Shown here piece after piece: positions 10,936 through 18,204 of a stretch of 64,000 bases of DNA (position 1 is its first letter; every line of letters begins with the position of its first letter). Position numbers and translations under genes: made by a program. Origin of the DNA: Candidatus Bathyarchaeota archaeon (GTDB taxonomy: Archaea; Thermoproteota; Bathyarchaeia; Bathyarchaeales; Bathycorpusculaceae); assembly GCA_963828195.1 (NCBI GenBank), contig CAWHDT010000009.1, forward strand, positions 96,001-160,000. Direction: 5' to 3'. The notes under the pieces were generated by a model. That model worked only from the letters and a program-made list of their open reading frames with translations. It ran no database searches and was not told the origin of the DNA.

Positions 10936-10955
10936 GTAAAATTTCGTTGGCAGTT
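10936..10955. repeat. 20-bp direct repeat GTAAAATTTCGTTGGCAGTT, copy 2
   Basis: Identical to 10603-10622. Confidence 0.85.
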
Positions 10956-10968
10956 TTGAACTAAGTTC

Positions 10969-12357
10969 CTAACCCTTGAATGCCATTGGTATTTTTCGCT
11001 TTCTTACCGTAAGCATGATAATAGCGAAAAGTGATAGCACTAAGAGTATAGCTAAAACTTCTATTGTTGGAAACTCTGGAACGGTAGGCGTAGGAGTAGG
11101 GGTTGGGGTTGAGGTAAATGTTGAATTTTGGATAGGCGTCGGAGATGGTGATGCGTTTGTTGTGGATATTGGAGCATTTAGATTAGGCAATGCTTCGGGA
11201 TTAGGTGCAGTTAGGAAGGGAACAAAGTTCACAATTCCTAAAGTAAAGTCATCTTTGAAATCATACATTGTTTGATTAATAGCTTGAACATCGGTTGTTC
11301 CCCACCAATTATTGGATGCGTCAACATTTTTTGATTGACCTTCGTAGCCTGTTATTACCAATTGAATATTAAGAGTGTTGTTTAGGAAGTTATTTTCAAT
11401 TATCGTTGGCTGATAAGCATTTGAAACCCATATTCCCACATTATTATTAGTAATGGTATTATTTTGTATTGTCAAAGTCGTCTGTATAACAGCGACGTTT
11501 GGGGAAAAAATCTGTATTCCATAGCCGTTATCAGAAATGAGATTGTTTTCGATTAGAACATTCCCGATTGGTCCGCCAAACCAGTTAAACCAAATACCGT
11601 CCCGAAAACCGCTTTGATATTCTGCATCAGAGATAACGTTATTTATTATTGTTGCACTACCACTTGCATATGAAATAGACCCGTTTACTATATTGTTATT
11701 CGATAATGAGCAGTTACCGCCATTCATGAGGATGAAGTTCGAGATTGTATTTCCATGAATTAAAGGCGAACCACTCAAGATAGATATTTCTGCACCGCTA
11801 ATTGTGTCATTGCTTATGTTAACAGAAGTGCTTAAGTCTATTTCAGTAAGGTTAACAACCGCATTTTCTATTATAGAACCTGAATTGGTTGCATCATTCC
11901 ATCCTGTACTGGATGGAGAAAATGTGATATATGAATAGTATGCTGGACCTAATTCTGTGACCCCAGCCACGTTACCATTTATTTGTATTGGGTTATTGTT
12001 TGTTCCTATTGCAGACAAAACACCATTAACCAGTATGTAGGCAGATGCATTTCCCATGTTTATTGTTGCACCTTGTTGGATAATAAGTGAACCATTGACC
12101 ATAATGTAATAGCCGTTAAGGTTTAATGTACTTCCCATTCCAATTGTTAGGGCTGTCCCGCTACTTATCAAAATATCTCCTGTAAGGTTGTACGGACTAT
12201 TTGCTTGCGTCCATGTAGTATCAGAAGTGATTATGCCATTGACGGTTGTACCGCTTTGAGCCAATCCTAAAGGTGTAGTTGCGAATATTACGGTCATACT
12301 TGACACGGCTAAGATAAAAACAAGAAGCAATGAGAAACTCTTACTGATAATGCTCAT
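10969..12357 (-). CDS. Secreted parallel beta-helix (pectin-lyase/NosD-like) surface protein with PEF-CTERM-like sorting signal
   Basis: Signal peptide; Asn/Ile-rich IxNNxI repeats; NNWWG; PT linker then VPEF, TM helix and basic tail. Confidence 0.85.
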   Translation of the reverse strand: MSIISKSFSLLLVFILAVSSMTVIFATTPLGLAQSGTTVNGIITSDTTWTQANSPYNLTGDILISSGTALTIGMGSTLNLNGYYIMVNGSLIIQQGATINMGNASAYILVNGVLSAIGTNNNPIQINGNVAGVTELGPAYYSYITFSPSSTGWNDATNSGSIIENAVVNLTEIDLSTSVNISNDTISGAEISILSGSPLIHGNTISNFILMNGGNCSLSNNNIVNGSISYASGSATIINNVISDAEYQSGFRDGIWFNWFGGPIGNVLIENNLISDNGYGIQIFSPNVAVIQTTLTIQNNTITNNNVGIWVSNAYQPTIIENNFLNNTLNIQLVITGYEGQSKNVDASNNWWGTTDVQAINQTMYDFKDDFTLGIVNFVPFLTAPNPEALPNLNAPISTTNASPSPTPIQNSTFTSTPTPTPTPTVPEFPTIEVLAILLVLSLFAIIMLTVRKRKIPMAFKG

Positions 12358-12407
12358 ATTTAGCCTTAGAGAAGGTTTGGCGATAAAAGGCTTATCGTAT
12401 ATATTCC

Positions 12408-12450
12408 TTGACTAACAATAGTCAATGTTTCTTGACTAAGAATCGGTCTA
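12408..12450. promoter_or_regulatory. Tandem palindromic operator-like sites TTGACTA-N4-TAGTCAA
   Basis: Perfect dyad at 12408-12425, degenerate second copy at 12432-12450, upstream of the beta-helix gene. Confidence 0.5.
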
Positions 12451-12543
12451 ATTCTGCGCTATACAGATTTAAGACTTATTGTATCTTCAAAAAGTCAAAA
12501 AAATAAAAAAGAGAAAAAGATAATGTCCGTAAGTGACTTGCTC

Positions 12544-12625
12544 CTATTTTGGCGGGTTGTTGTCTCGACCTTTTCCAGGATGGGTTGCCCGTTGTGCTTG
12601 GCTTTCCACCCTTCCCGTTACCCAA
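12544..12625 (-). pseudogene. Frameshifted small peptide MGNGKGGKPSTTGNPSGKGRDNNPPK
   Basis: GAGGTGA Shine-Dalgarno then TTG; removing one base near 12578 gives a 26-aa Gly/Pro/Asn-rich peptide ending at TAG. Confidence 0.45.
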
Positions 12626-12799
12626 ATTTTCACCTCAACTCTACGTAGTTTAATTCAGTTTTAAATTTTAGGCTTTTATAGAGGGCAATTCCTAAGTTTC
12701 CGTCGCTCTTTTAAACCGTATTTCATCTGCTTCAGTTGGTTTTCGCTTGATTAAGCGGAGTTAACAGAAGTTGAAGGGTAAATTTACCTAAAGAACGGG

Positions 12800-13171
12800 T
12801 TATTTGAGTTTTGCGTGCTCAGCTTCAAAAGAGGCGTTATAAGTTCTTTTGCCACTAGTGTTTAGTGCGCAGGTGACTTTTCCTTTCAGGGTCACTCCTC
12901 TTAGCCGCCTCAGGTCTTTGGTCATGTCGGGTTCGGTGTCGTCAAACCAGCACATGACGTAGCGGTCAGCGGCGCCTTGGGGCGACGTAAGATAGTCAGC
13001 GTCTCCCATCAACGTGAAAAAATCGACAAGGCTGCCCGTCACTTTAGAGTCGCCGCCTCGGGCAAGCGTAATTTTCTTTGTCTTAACAACCACAAAGGGA
13101 TCCACTTCAGGGTCAACATCTCGCTCCTTAAAAATGCAGACAACCGCTTTATTCCAGACAAACTCGGACAA
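12800..13171 (-). CDS. Hypothetical protein (probable start TTG at 13171)
   Basis: Open frame; GAGGA upstream of the TTG. Confidence 0.65.
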   Translation of the reverse strand: MSEFVWNKAVVCIFKERDVDPEVDPFVVVKTKKITLARGGDSKVTGSLVDFFTLMGDADYLTSPQGAADRYVMCWFDDTEPDMTKDLRRLRGVTLKGKVTCALNTSGKRTYNASFEAEHAKLK

Positions 13172-13324
13172 AACACATTCCTCAAAAACAACAATAGCTA
13201 AAAGAATTATATAATTATATTGCAACCCGCACATCCCAACGTAATCGTAACCAAAAATTTTCTTCTGCCGCTGGCGATTACGCGCAGTAGCAGTTTTTTT
13301 CAGTCAGTGCGCTGGTCAGACTCT

Positions 13325-13405
13325 ATTAAAAAAGGCGCTCTTACAGCAATCTTCCAACAGGCAGGATTAACACGCGAGGAATTCATAGAATTAACCGAAA
13401 AGTAA
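13325..13405 (+). pseudogene. hicA: C-terminal fragment of HicA toxin
   Basis: IKKGALTAIFQQAGLTREEF matches the HicA C-terminal helix pattern; no N-terminus directly upstream. Confidence 0.75.
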
Positions 13406-13413
13406 TTTGAGGC

Positions 13414-13460
13414 TGGAGCGTTCGGCGGGATTTGGACCCGCGACATTGCCTTACCAAGGT
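13414..13460 (-). repeat. att-like duplicate of the tRNA-Thr 3' half (anticodon loop to CCA)
   Basis: Matches 14336-14383 with 2 mismatches and 1 indel. Confidence 0.9.
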
Positions 13461-13534
13461 GTGCATTGTCGGGTGGATGGGAAACTCGGTTTATATCAAA
13501 GCTTATATGGTCAAAAAGATGTTCTCTATCATAA

Positions 13535-13768
13535 GTGGCAGTTATGGTAAAAATCAACGGTAACAAATTCACTGTAATCTTAAGAGAGGAGCCCGACGGT
13601 GGTTATTCAGCGCAATGCTTGGAACTTCCCGGAGCAATCAGCGAAGGATACAACCGCAAGGAAGCGCTTGTCAACATTAAAGAAGCCATCGAAGGGTACC
13701 TCGAAGCTTTCCCCGAAGAGGTTGACCAGCTTAAATGCAAGAAAGAGCTGGTGGAGATAACTGTCTGA
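13535..13768 (+). CDS. hicB: HicB family antitoxin
   Basis: FTVILREEPDGGYSAQCLELPGAISEG..EEAL.NIKEAI pattern. Confidence 0.9.
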   Translation: MAVMVKINGNKFTVILREEPDGGYSAQCLELPGAISEGYNRKEALVNIKEAIEGYLEAFPEEVDQLKCKKELVEITV

Positions 13769-13916
13769 AAAGTTGCCGTCTACATCTTGGCGTACGGTAA
13801 TTAAAGCTCTCAGCAAAAAAGGCTTTAGAGTCGCGGGTCAAAGAGGCAGCCACATATTTCTTACTGATGGAAAACATAAACTTACGGTTCCACGGCATAA
13901 CCCTGTTCTTGAATAG
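13761..13916 (+). pseudogene. hicA: HicA toxin, N-terminal two-thirds (CTG start overlapping hicB), C-terminus missing
   Basis: LSEKLPSTSWRTVIKALSKKGFRVAGQRGSHIFLTDGKHKLTVPRHNP then early stop; GSH catalytic motif. Confidence 0.8.
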
Positions 13917-13959
13917 CCCTCAAAATATCTTCAAGATAGAGCTTGATGTCTCTTGTCAT
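13882..13959 (-). pseudogene. Truncated HEPN (DUF86/HepT-like) toxin, N-terminus only
   Basis: MTRDIKLYLEDILRAIQE start overlapping the MNT stop (ATGA); runs into the hicA remnant and stops. Confidence 0.7.
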
Positions 13960-14255
13960 ACATAGATTGTCTCGTCAAGTATTTTATCCTTGATTCGTGT
14001 TTTAAGAGCGTCTTTTTGAACTAAGTCAACCTTCACCTTTAGTTTTCGACTTAAAAACTGTTTAAGCCCAATAAAATCCACCAAGTCAATGTCATTTGGC
14101 TCAAAAAAAGATACAAGAATATCCAAATCGCTTCTTTCATTTTGACAGCTCTGAGAATATGAACCAAATATGCCTACGGTTTTCACTTGAAACTCCTTTT
14201 CTAGGACTGGCTTAAGTAGCATAAGTTGCCTTTTAAGTTCATCAAGTGTTCTCAT
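13956..14255 (-). CDS. Minimal nucleotidyltransferase (MNT antitoxin of MNT-HEPN)
   Basis: GIFGSYS...SDLDILV and VKVDLV motifs; 99 aa. Confidence 0.9.
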   Translation of the reverse strand: MRTLDELKRQLMLLKPVLEKEFQVKTVGIFGSYSQSCQNERSDLDILVSFFEPNDIDLVDFIGLKQFLSRKLKVKVDLVQKDALKTRIKDKILDETIYV

Positions 14256-14335
14256 AGGCGCCTTCCATTTCTTTCTATAATTGAATTAATCTAAAAAAGT
14301 TTGCTAGACAACCAAAACACGACTAAAATATAATT

Positions 14336-14412
14336 TGGAGCCTTCGGCGGGATTTGGACCCGCGACCATTACCTTACCAAGGTAACGCCCCACCGGGCTA
14401 GGCTACGAAGGC
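14336..14412 (-). tRNA. tRNA-Thr(GGT), CCA encoded
   Basis: Cloverleaf GCCTTCG...CGAAGGC-T-CCA; anticodon arm TTACC-TTGGTAA-GGTAA. Confidence 0.95.
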
Positions 14413-14530
14413 AAACAATTTGTTCCCGTGAAAGAACTGCGTCTTGGCAATAAAATGCTTACGGTCGCAGCATCAATGATTTCTAAAAAAGAGTGTGCTA
14501 ATATGAATGGCAATAGTTAATCAAAGTTTA

Positions 14531-15286
14531 TTATTTTAACAATTTTTCTGGAACCATCCTCATGTATTTGTTGACATAGAACATGTCTGGTTCATGTTTG
14601 GTTGCCCTAACTCTAATGTCAAATTTTGGGTCTTGAGGATTAGTACTGTCAAATAGAATCAAACCTATGCCAAATACTAAGCAAAGTGATTCAAGTCTTT
14701 CTTTATCTTCTACGTCTGAAGCGTTGGGTATCACAATGTAAGTTTTATGACTAAAGGATCCATATGCACAAGCTTGACCAAAAGCAGTAATCAGGCCCTG
14801 AGTATCGGTTTTTATTTCAGCAGATACAATAATGATTTGGCGCTGAATTATTTCACCTAATGTAGCTCTTTCAATGCCTATTACGTCGGGTGTTCCCCAT
14901 TTATCACCGAAAGATTTTCCGCCTAATGGTATTGCTGTAGTGCACTCGCCAAGATCATTCTCTAGAAAATCAGCGAATGATGCATAGAAATCAATTTCTC
15001 TAACTGGAACGATATGCAGCTGGCTTTCTGATGTTGCAGTATTTTGTTTTTCCTTAAAAGAAACGTGCCTAAAAAGTCCTCTGCCCGCTTTATAGACCTC
15101 TGAAGGCTTGGTTGAATCAAGATTCCAAATCGTTCCTCGAATGTGGTTTACATTTGCATCGGGCAAACTGTTCTTTATTTGTCTTATTAAATTAGAATAT
15201 CGAACTCCCTCAGGGCTGTTCTTGAGAATTTCAATCGCTTTTTCCTCTATCCGTTCTTTGTAAGTTCGAGTTGGCATAGTTATCAA
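14531..15286 (-). CDS. HTH plus PD-(D/E)xK nuclease-like protein
   Basis: N-terminal winged-helix-like region; TPDVIG...SAEIK...FGQACAY restriction-endonuclease pattern. Confidence 0.7.
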   Translation of the reverse strand: MITMPTRTYKERIEEKAIEILKNSPEGVRYSNLIRQIKNSLPDANVNHIRGTIWNLDSTKPSEVYKAGRGLFRHVSFKEKQNTATSESQLHIVPVREIDFYASFADFLENDLGECTTAIPLGGKSFGDKWGTPDVIGIERATLGEIIQRQIIIVSAEIKTDTQGLITAFGQACAYGSFSHKTYIVIPNASDVEDKERLESLCLVFGIGLILFDSTNPQDPKFDIRVRATKHEPDMFYVNKYMRMVPEKLLK

Positions 15287-15373
15287 ATGAAGACTTTGAA
15301 TTTAAGAACTTATTGCAAGAACTCCTTAACAGATATTAAGGTAAAATCCTTTTATACTAAACCTTAATCGCAT

Positions 15374-15461
15374 GCAGGGGTCTCCAAGCCTGGTCAACGG
15401 AGTAGGGCTTAGGACCCTATCGCGTAGGCGTTCGTGGGTTCAAATCCCACCCCCTGCACCA
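15374..15461 (+). tRNA. tRNA-Leu(TAG), CCA encoded
   Basis: GCAGGGG...CCCCTGC-A-CCA; anticodon arm TAGGG-CTTAGGA-CCCTA; long variable arm. Confidence 0.96.
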
Positions 15462-15763
15462 CTCTAAGTAAAAGTATAGCTTTTTTTGGTATGTTTGCCT
15501 GGTTTTTTGTGATCTATCGTGTTAAATGACAATGAATAAAAAATAAAATTGAGCGTTTTAAGAGAGGAAATGCCCATAGCGATCAAACAACTTAATTGCA
15601 ATAGCGGGTCACATAATAAAAATTGAAAGTAGAATTTTCTAGTTCTTGTTGCAGTAGAGAAGTTGGAATCATAAAGGTAGGCGGTATCGGAGTCTTTTCA
15701 GTGGTTCTGTTAAGCCTCTGTTGCTTGACAGAATTCTTCTCCGTGTGAAAAATCGTCCCCAAA

Positions 15764-15985
15764 CTATATTTCGTTGTAGCGGTTGCAGTTTGGACACTTT
15801 AACACAACATTCTTGAATTTTCCTTCGATGATGTTCTCGCCTAGTTTTGATCCACAATTGCCGCATAGGTAAGTAGTGTTACCACCCTTGCTTTTTATTA
15901 CTGGCAACGTTTTGGATGCAAAAACGGTTCGGTTTCCCTTTTCTGGTTCTGGTATAGTTTTTAATTTTCTGTCCATTTTATCCAC
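15764..15985 (-). CDS. Small zinc-ribbon protein
   Basis: YLCGNCG...KCPNCN two CxxC pairs; 73 aa. Confidence 0.7.
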   Translation of the reverse strand: MDKMDRKLKTIPEPEKGNRTVFASKTLPVIKSKGGNTTYLCGNCGSKLGENIIEGKFKNVVLKCPNCNRYNEI

Positions 15986-16110
15986 TTACTTCGGCTTTTA
16001 TTGGTTTGACTTGGATTATAAGTTTATTGTTTTCTGCTCTTTTCGATTAGCAGTTTCAAATCAATTACACTGATAAAAAAGGGGAATGCGTGATGCCTCC
16101 ACGACTTTAG

Positions 16111-16134
16111 GGGTTCAAATCCACCCCCTGCACC
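16111..16134 (+). repeat. tRNA-Leu 3'-end duplicate (att-like) no. 1
   Basis: GGGTTCAAATCC-ACCCCCTGCACC; 1-nt deletion relative to 15436-15460. Confidence 0.9.
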
Positions 16135-16156
16135 TTTAAGCACTCGTCAAAACTCT

Positions 16157-16208
16157 ATGTCCTCGTGTCCATGTGCGTCCTTGATGGACATTTGCGGACA
16201 GGCGGGCA
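16157..16208. repeat. Dyad-symmetric six-box site GTCC-4-GTCC-6-GTCC-5-GGAC-6-GGAC-4-GG(G)C, copy A
   Basis: Boxes at 16159, 16167, 16177, 16186, 16196, 16204; same spacing as 17591-17642. Confidence 0.85.
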
Positions 16209-16215
16209 ATGTTGT

Positions 16216-17598
16216 CTATACTTGCCGATGGTAACCAAGCATATCTTCTGCCATGTTCTTTAAGCTGGGATCAACAAAATAAATTTTGGTTTTGCCCTTA
16301 CTCTTTATGGCAAGTATGGATCTTTCGTTTAATGCTTTTAGATGCTTTGCAAGAGAGCTTTTCTCGGCTGCCGTTGCTTTACTAAGTGCTTCATCCCTTC
16401 CGTAGGTTTCACCTTTCTGGAAAAGATACATTAGTATCTTGTATTCTGCGTCGCTGGGTTTTAGCATCTTGACATATGACATGCCAGCTTGATCAAGAGT
16501 AATTTTCTTATAAACTGTTGAGTCGAGCTTCCTTATGTCTTGGCTTGGCAAAGCAGATAAGAGCAGGTTGGAAAGCTCGTCCAAGATTAAGCGTATGCGA
16601 CCTTCATATTTTTCGTAGATTTCTGATAGCAACTTCTTATCTGCAAATTTGTAGATGGATATGCTAGGATCAATTGAAGCATCAGAATACATCTGTGATA
16701 AGAAAGCAAGTACATCTTCTTGGCATGGAGCAAGTACTTGTTCATAGTGGAATATGTCGGGATGGATTGGTTTTAGTCCATTTCTCCTTTTCAAAACTAT
16801 AATTACGTGAGCTAAATTTGCGTTCGTATAAAAGACATCTTTCAACAGTGTCATGATTGTTTTCTCGATTTGAGCGTTTTCTAGTTTGTCTACCTCATCT
16901 AGACCGATTACTACGCCGCGATAGCCCATGGTTTGCAAAAGGGCAAATCCTCGTCTCAGCAGATTAACAAAAACTGTATGAGAAAGAGTTTCAGTCCTTG
17001 CAACCAGAACCTGTTCTTGTTCCTCCTTAGTCAAATCCACCTTTATTATCGGAATTCCGACCGTGCTTGACAGACCCTGTGTTTCTATTGTTCCATTTGT
17101 AAATGTAATTTGATCAGAAGCATAAAGAATGGATAGAAAAGAGAGTTCTTCAAGGCTTTTACTTATTGATAATTTCCTTTCAAACAATCTCTTTAAGGTT
17201 CCAAGCATACTCGCATTACGCAAAGCTTCGGTGCTGATGGCAGAACCGAAAGCTCTTAAGAATTCTTGCTCGACGCCTTTAGCATTCTCAACCCCTACAG
17301 GAACTCTGTACTTTATCGTGAAATAGTTATCTTTAGTAAGAATGTTAAGTACCTTATTTAGGAGTGAGGATTTGCCTACTCCTAGATCACCGTGGAGGGC
17401 TACTTTGTAGCTTTTGCTCGTGGAGATTCCCATGTATATTTTTTCAACGATTTCTTTGCGATCTCTAAACAAGCTCTCGTCACGTTTCAGGCTCGCTTTG
17501 TCGATACCCGGTTCAAATAGTTCAAAGACCTGAAATGGGTTTGCTTTCAAATTAAACCGCGAGAGCGCCTTAACACTTGCTTGGTAATCAATGTCCAT
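16216..17598 (-). CDS. P-loop AAA+ (STAND/KAP/Orc1-like) ATPase with C-terminal winged HTH; start at 17598 or 17616
   Basis: FNLKANPF, Walker A GDLGVGKS, Walker B VVIGLDEVDK, GRIR, C-terminal wHTH (KSSLAKHLKALNERSIL..KGKTKIYFV). Confidence 0.85.
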   Translation of the reverse strand: MDIDYQASVKALSRFNLKANPFQVFELFEPGIDKASLKRDESLFRDRKEIVEKIYMGISTSKSYKVALHGDLGVGKSSLLNKVLNILTKDNYFTIKYRVPVGVENAKGVEQEFLRAFGSAISTEALRNASMLGTLKRLFERKLSISKSLEELSFLSILYASDQITFTNGTIETQGLSSTVGIPIIKVDLTKEEQEQVLVARTETLSHTVFVNLLRRGFALLQTMGYRGVVIGLDEVDKLENAQIEKTIMTLLKDVFYTNANLAHVIIVLKRRNGLKPIHPDIFHYEQVLAPCQEDVLAFLSQMYSDASIDPSISIYKFADKKLLSEIYEKYEGRIRLILDELSNLLLSALPSQDIRKLDSTVYKKITLDQAGMSYVKMLKPSDAEYKILMYLFQKGETYGRDEALSKATAAEKSSLAKHLKALNERSILAIKSKGKTKIYFVDPSLKNMAEDMLGYHRQV

Positions 17599-17642
17599 AT
17601 GTCCACACTTGTCCATTATGGACGATACTGGACACGCGGACA
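17591..17642. repeat. Dyad-symmetric six-box site GTCC-4-GTCC-6-GTCC-5-GGAC-6-GGAC-4-GGAC, copy B
   Basis: Boxes at 17593, 17601, 17611, 17620, 17630, 17638; overlaps the ATPase start and abuts a TATA-like box at 17641-17648. Confidence 0.85.
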
Positions 17643-17781
17643 TATAAGGTTTTTTGAACACAACCAACGCGATTTTCTGTTTCCGAGAGTTCTTCGTGTT
17701 TTTCCAGATGAAACAATCCCAATAAAAAAGGAAGAAAGCTGCAGAAAAAACGGTGGCTGGCGATATCGCCAGTTTGTGGGG

Positions 17782-17807
17782 GGGTTCAAATCCCACCCCT
17801 TGTACCA
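17782..17807 (+). repeat. tRNA-Leu 3'-end duplicate (att-like) no. 2
   Basis: GGGTTCAAATCCCACCCCTTGTACCA; 2 mismatches in 26 bp. Confidence 0.9.
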
Positions 17808-17929
17808 TATGGATTATTTTTGGTTAAACCGAAAGTCGGGTGGCTATCTTGTTAATGGAGAATAATCTGCGGAAGGCTTAAGCCTTAAGCCTCCATCTCT
17901 GTTTACACTAAGCACGGAAAGGTTTTTGC

Positions 17930-18169
17930 ATGGTTCATCGAAGAGTTCGAGGCGGAAAGTTCAAGATAAAGCATGTTGAGAAGCAACCTCCCGTTGAGTT
18001 GGGAGAGGAATTAGATGTGCACATAACCGACGTTTGTCCTAGCGGAGATGGGATGTCAAAAATTAGGGGCTACGTCATAATTGTGCCAAAAGCCAAGCCG
18101 AGAAACCGAGTGAAGATAAAGGTCACGCAAGTCGGCGAAAAAGCGGCAACGGGCGAAATAATCGAGTAA
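17930..18169 (+). CDS. Single TRAM-domain protein (archaeal RNA chaperone type)
   Basis: PPVELGEELDVHI....GDGMSKIRGYVIIVPKAKP..RVKIKV. Confidence 0.9.
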   Translation: MVHRRVRGGKFKIKHVEKQPPVELGEELDVHITDVCPSGDGMSKIRGYVIIVPKAKPRNRVKIKVTQVGEKAATGEIIE

Positions 18170-18204
18170 TTCTTTTTAATTACTTTGGTGCTAACTATGA
18201 AATT

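Noticed and set aside
12540-12630. RNase P RNA or group II intron fragment (GGTGGAAAGCC)
   Set aside because: No P4 partner strand or domain V; a peptide with SD explains the sequence better
17757-17772. Perfect 16-bp palindrome CTGGCGATATCGCCAG before att copy 2
   Set aside because: Not present before the other att copies, so it cannot be claimed as part of a shared recombination site
17617-17808. N-terminal extension of the 530-aa ATPase ORF (MVQGVGFEPP...)
   Set aside because: Antisense read-through of the tRNA fragment and promoter; real start at 17598 or 17616
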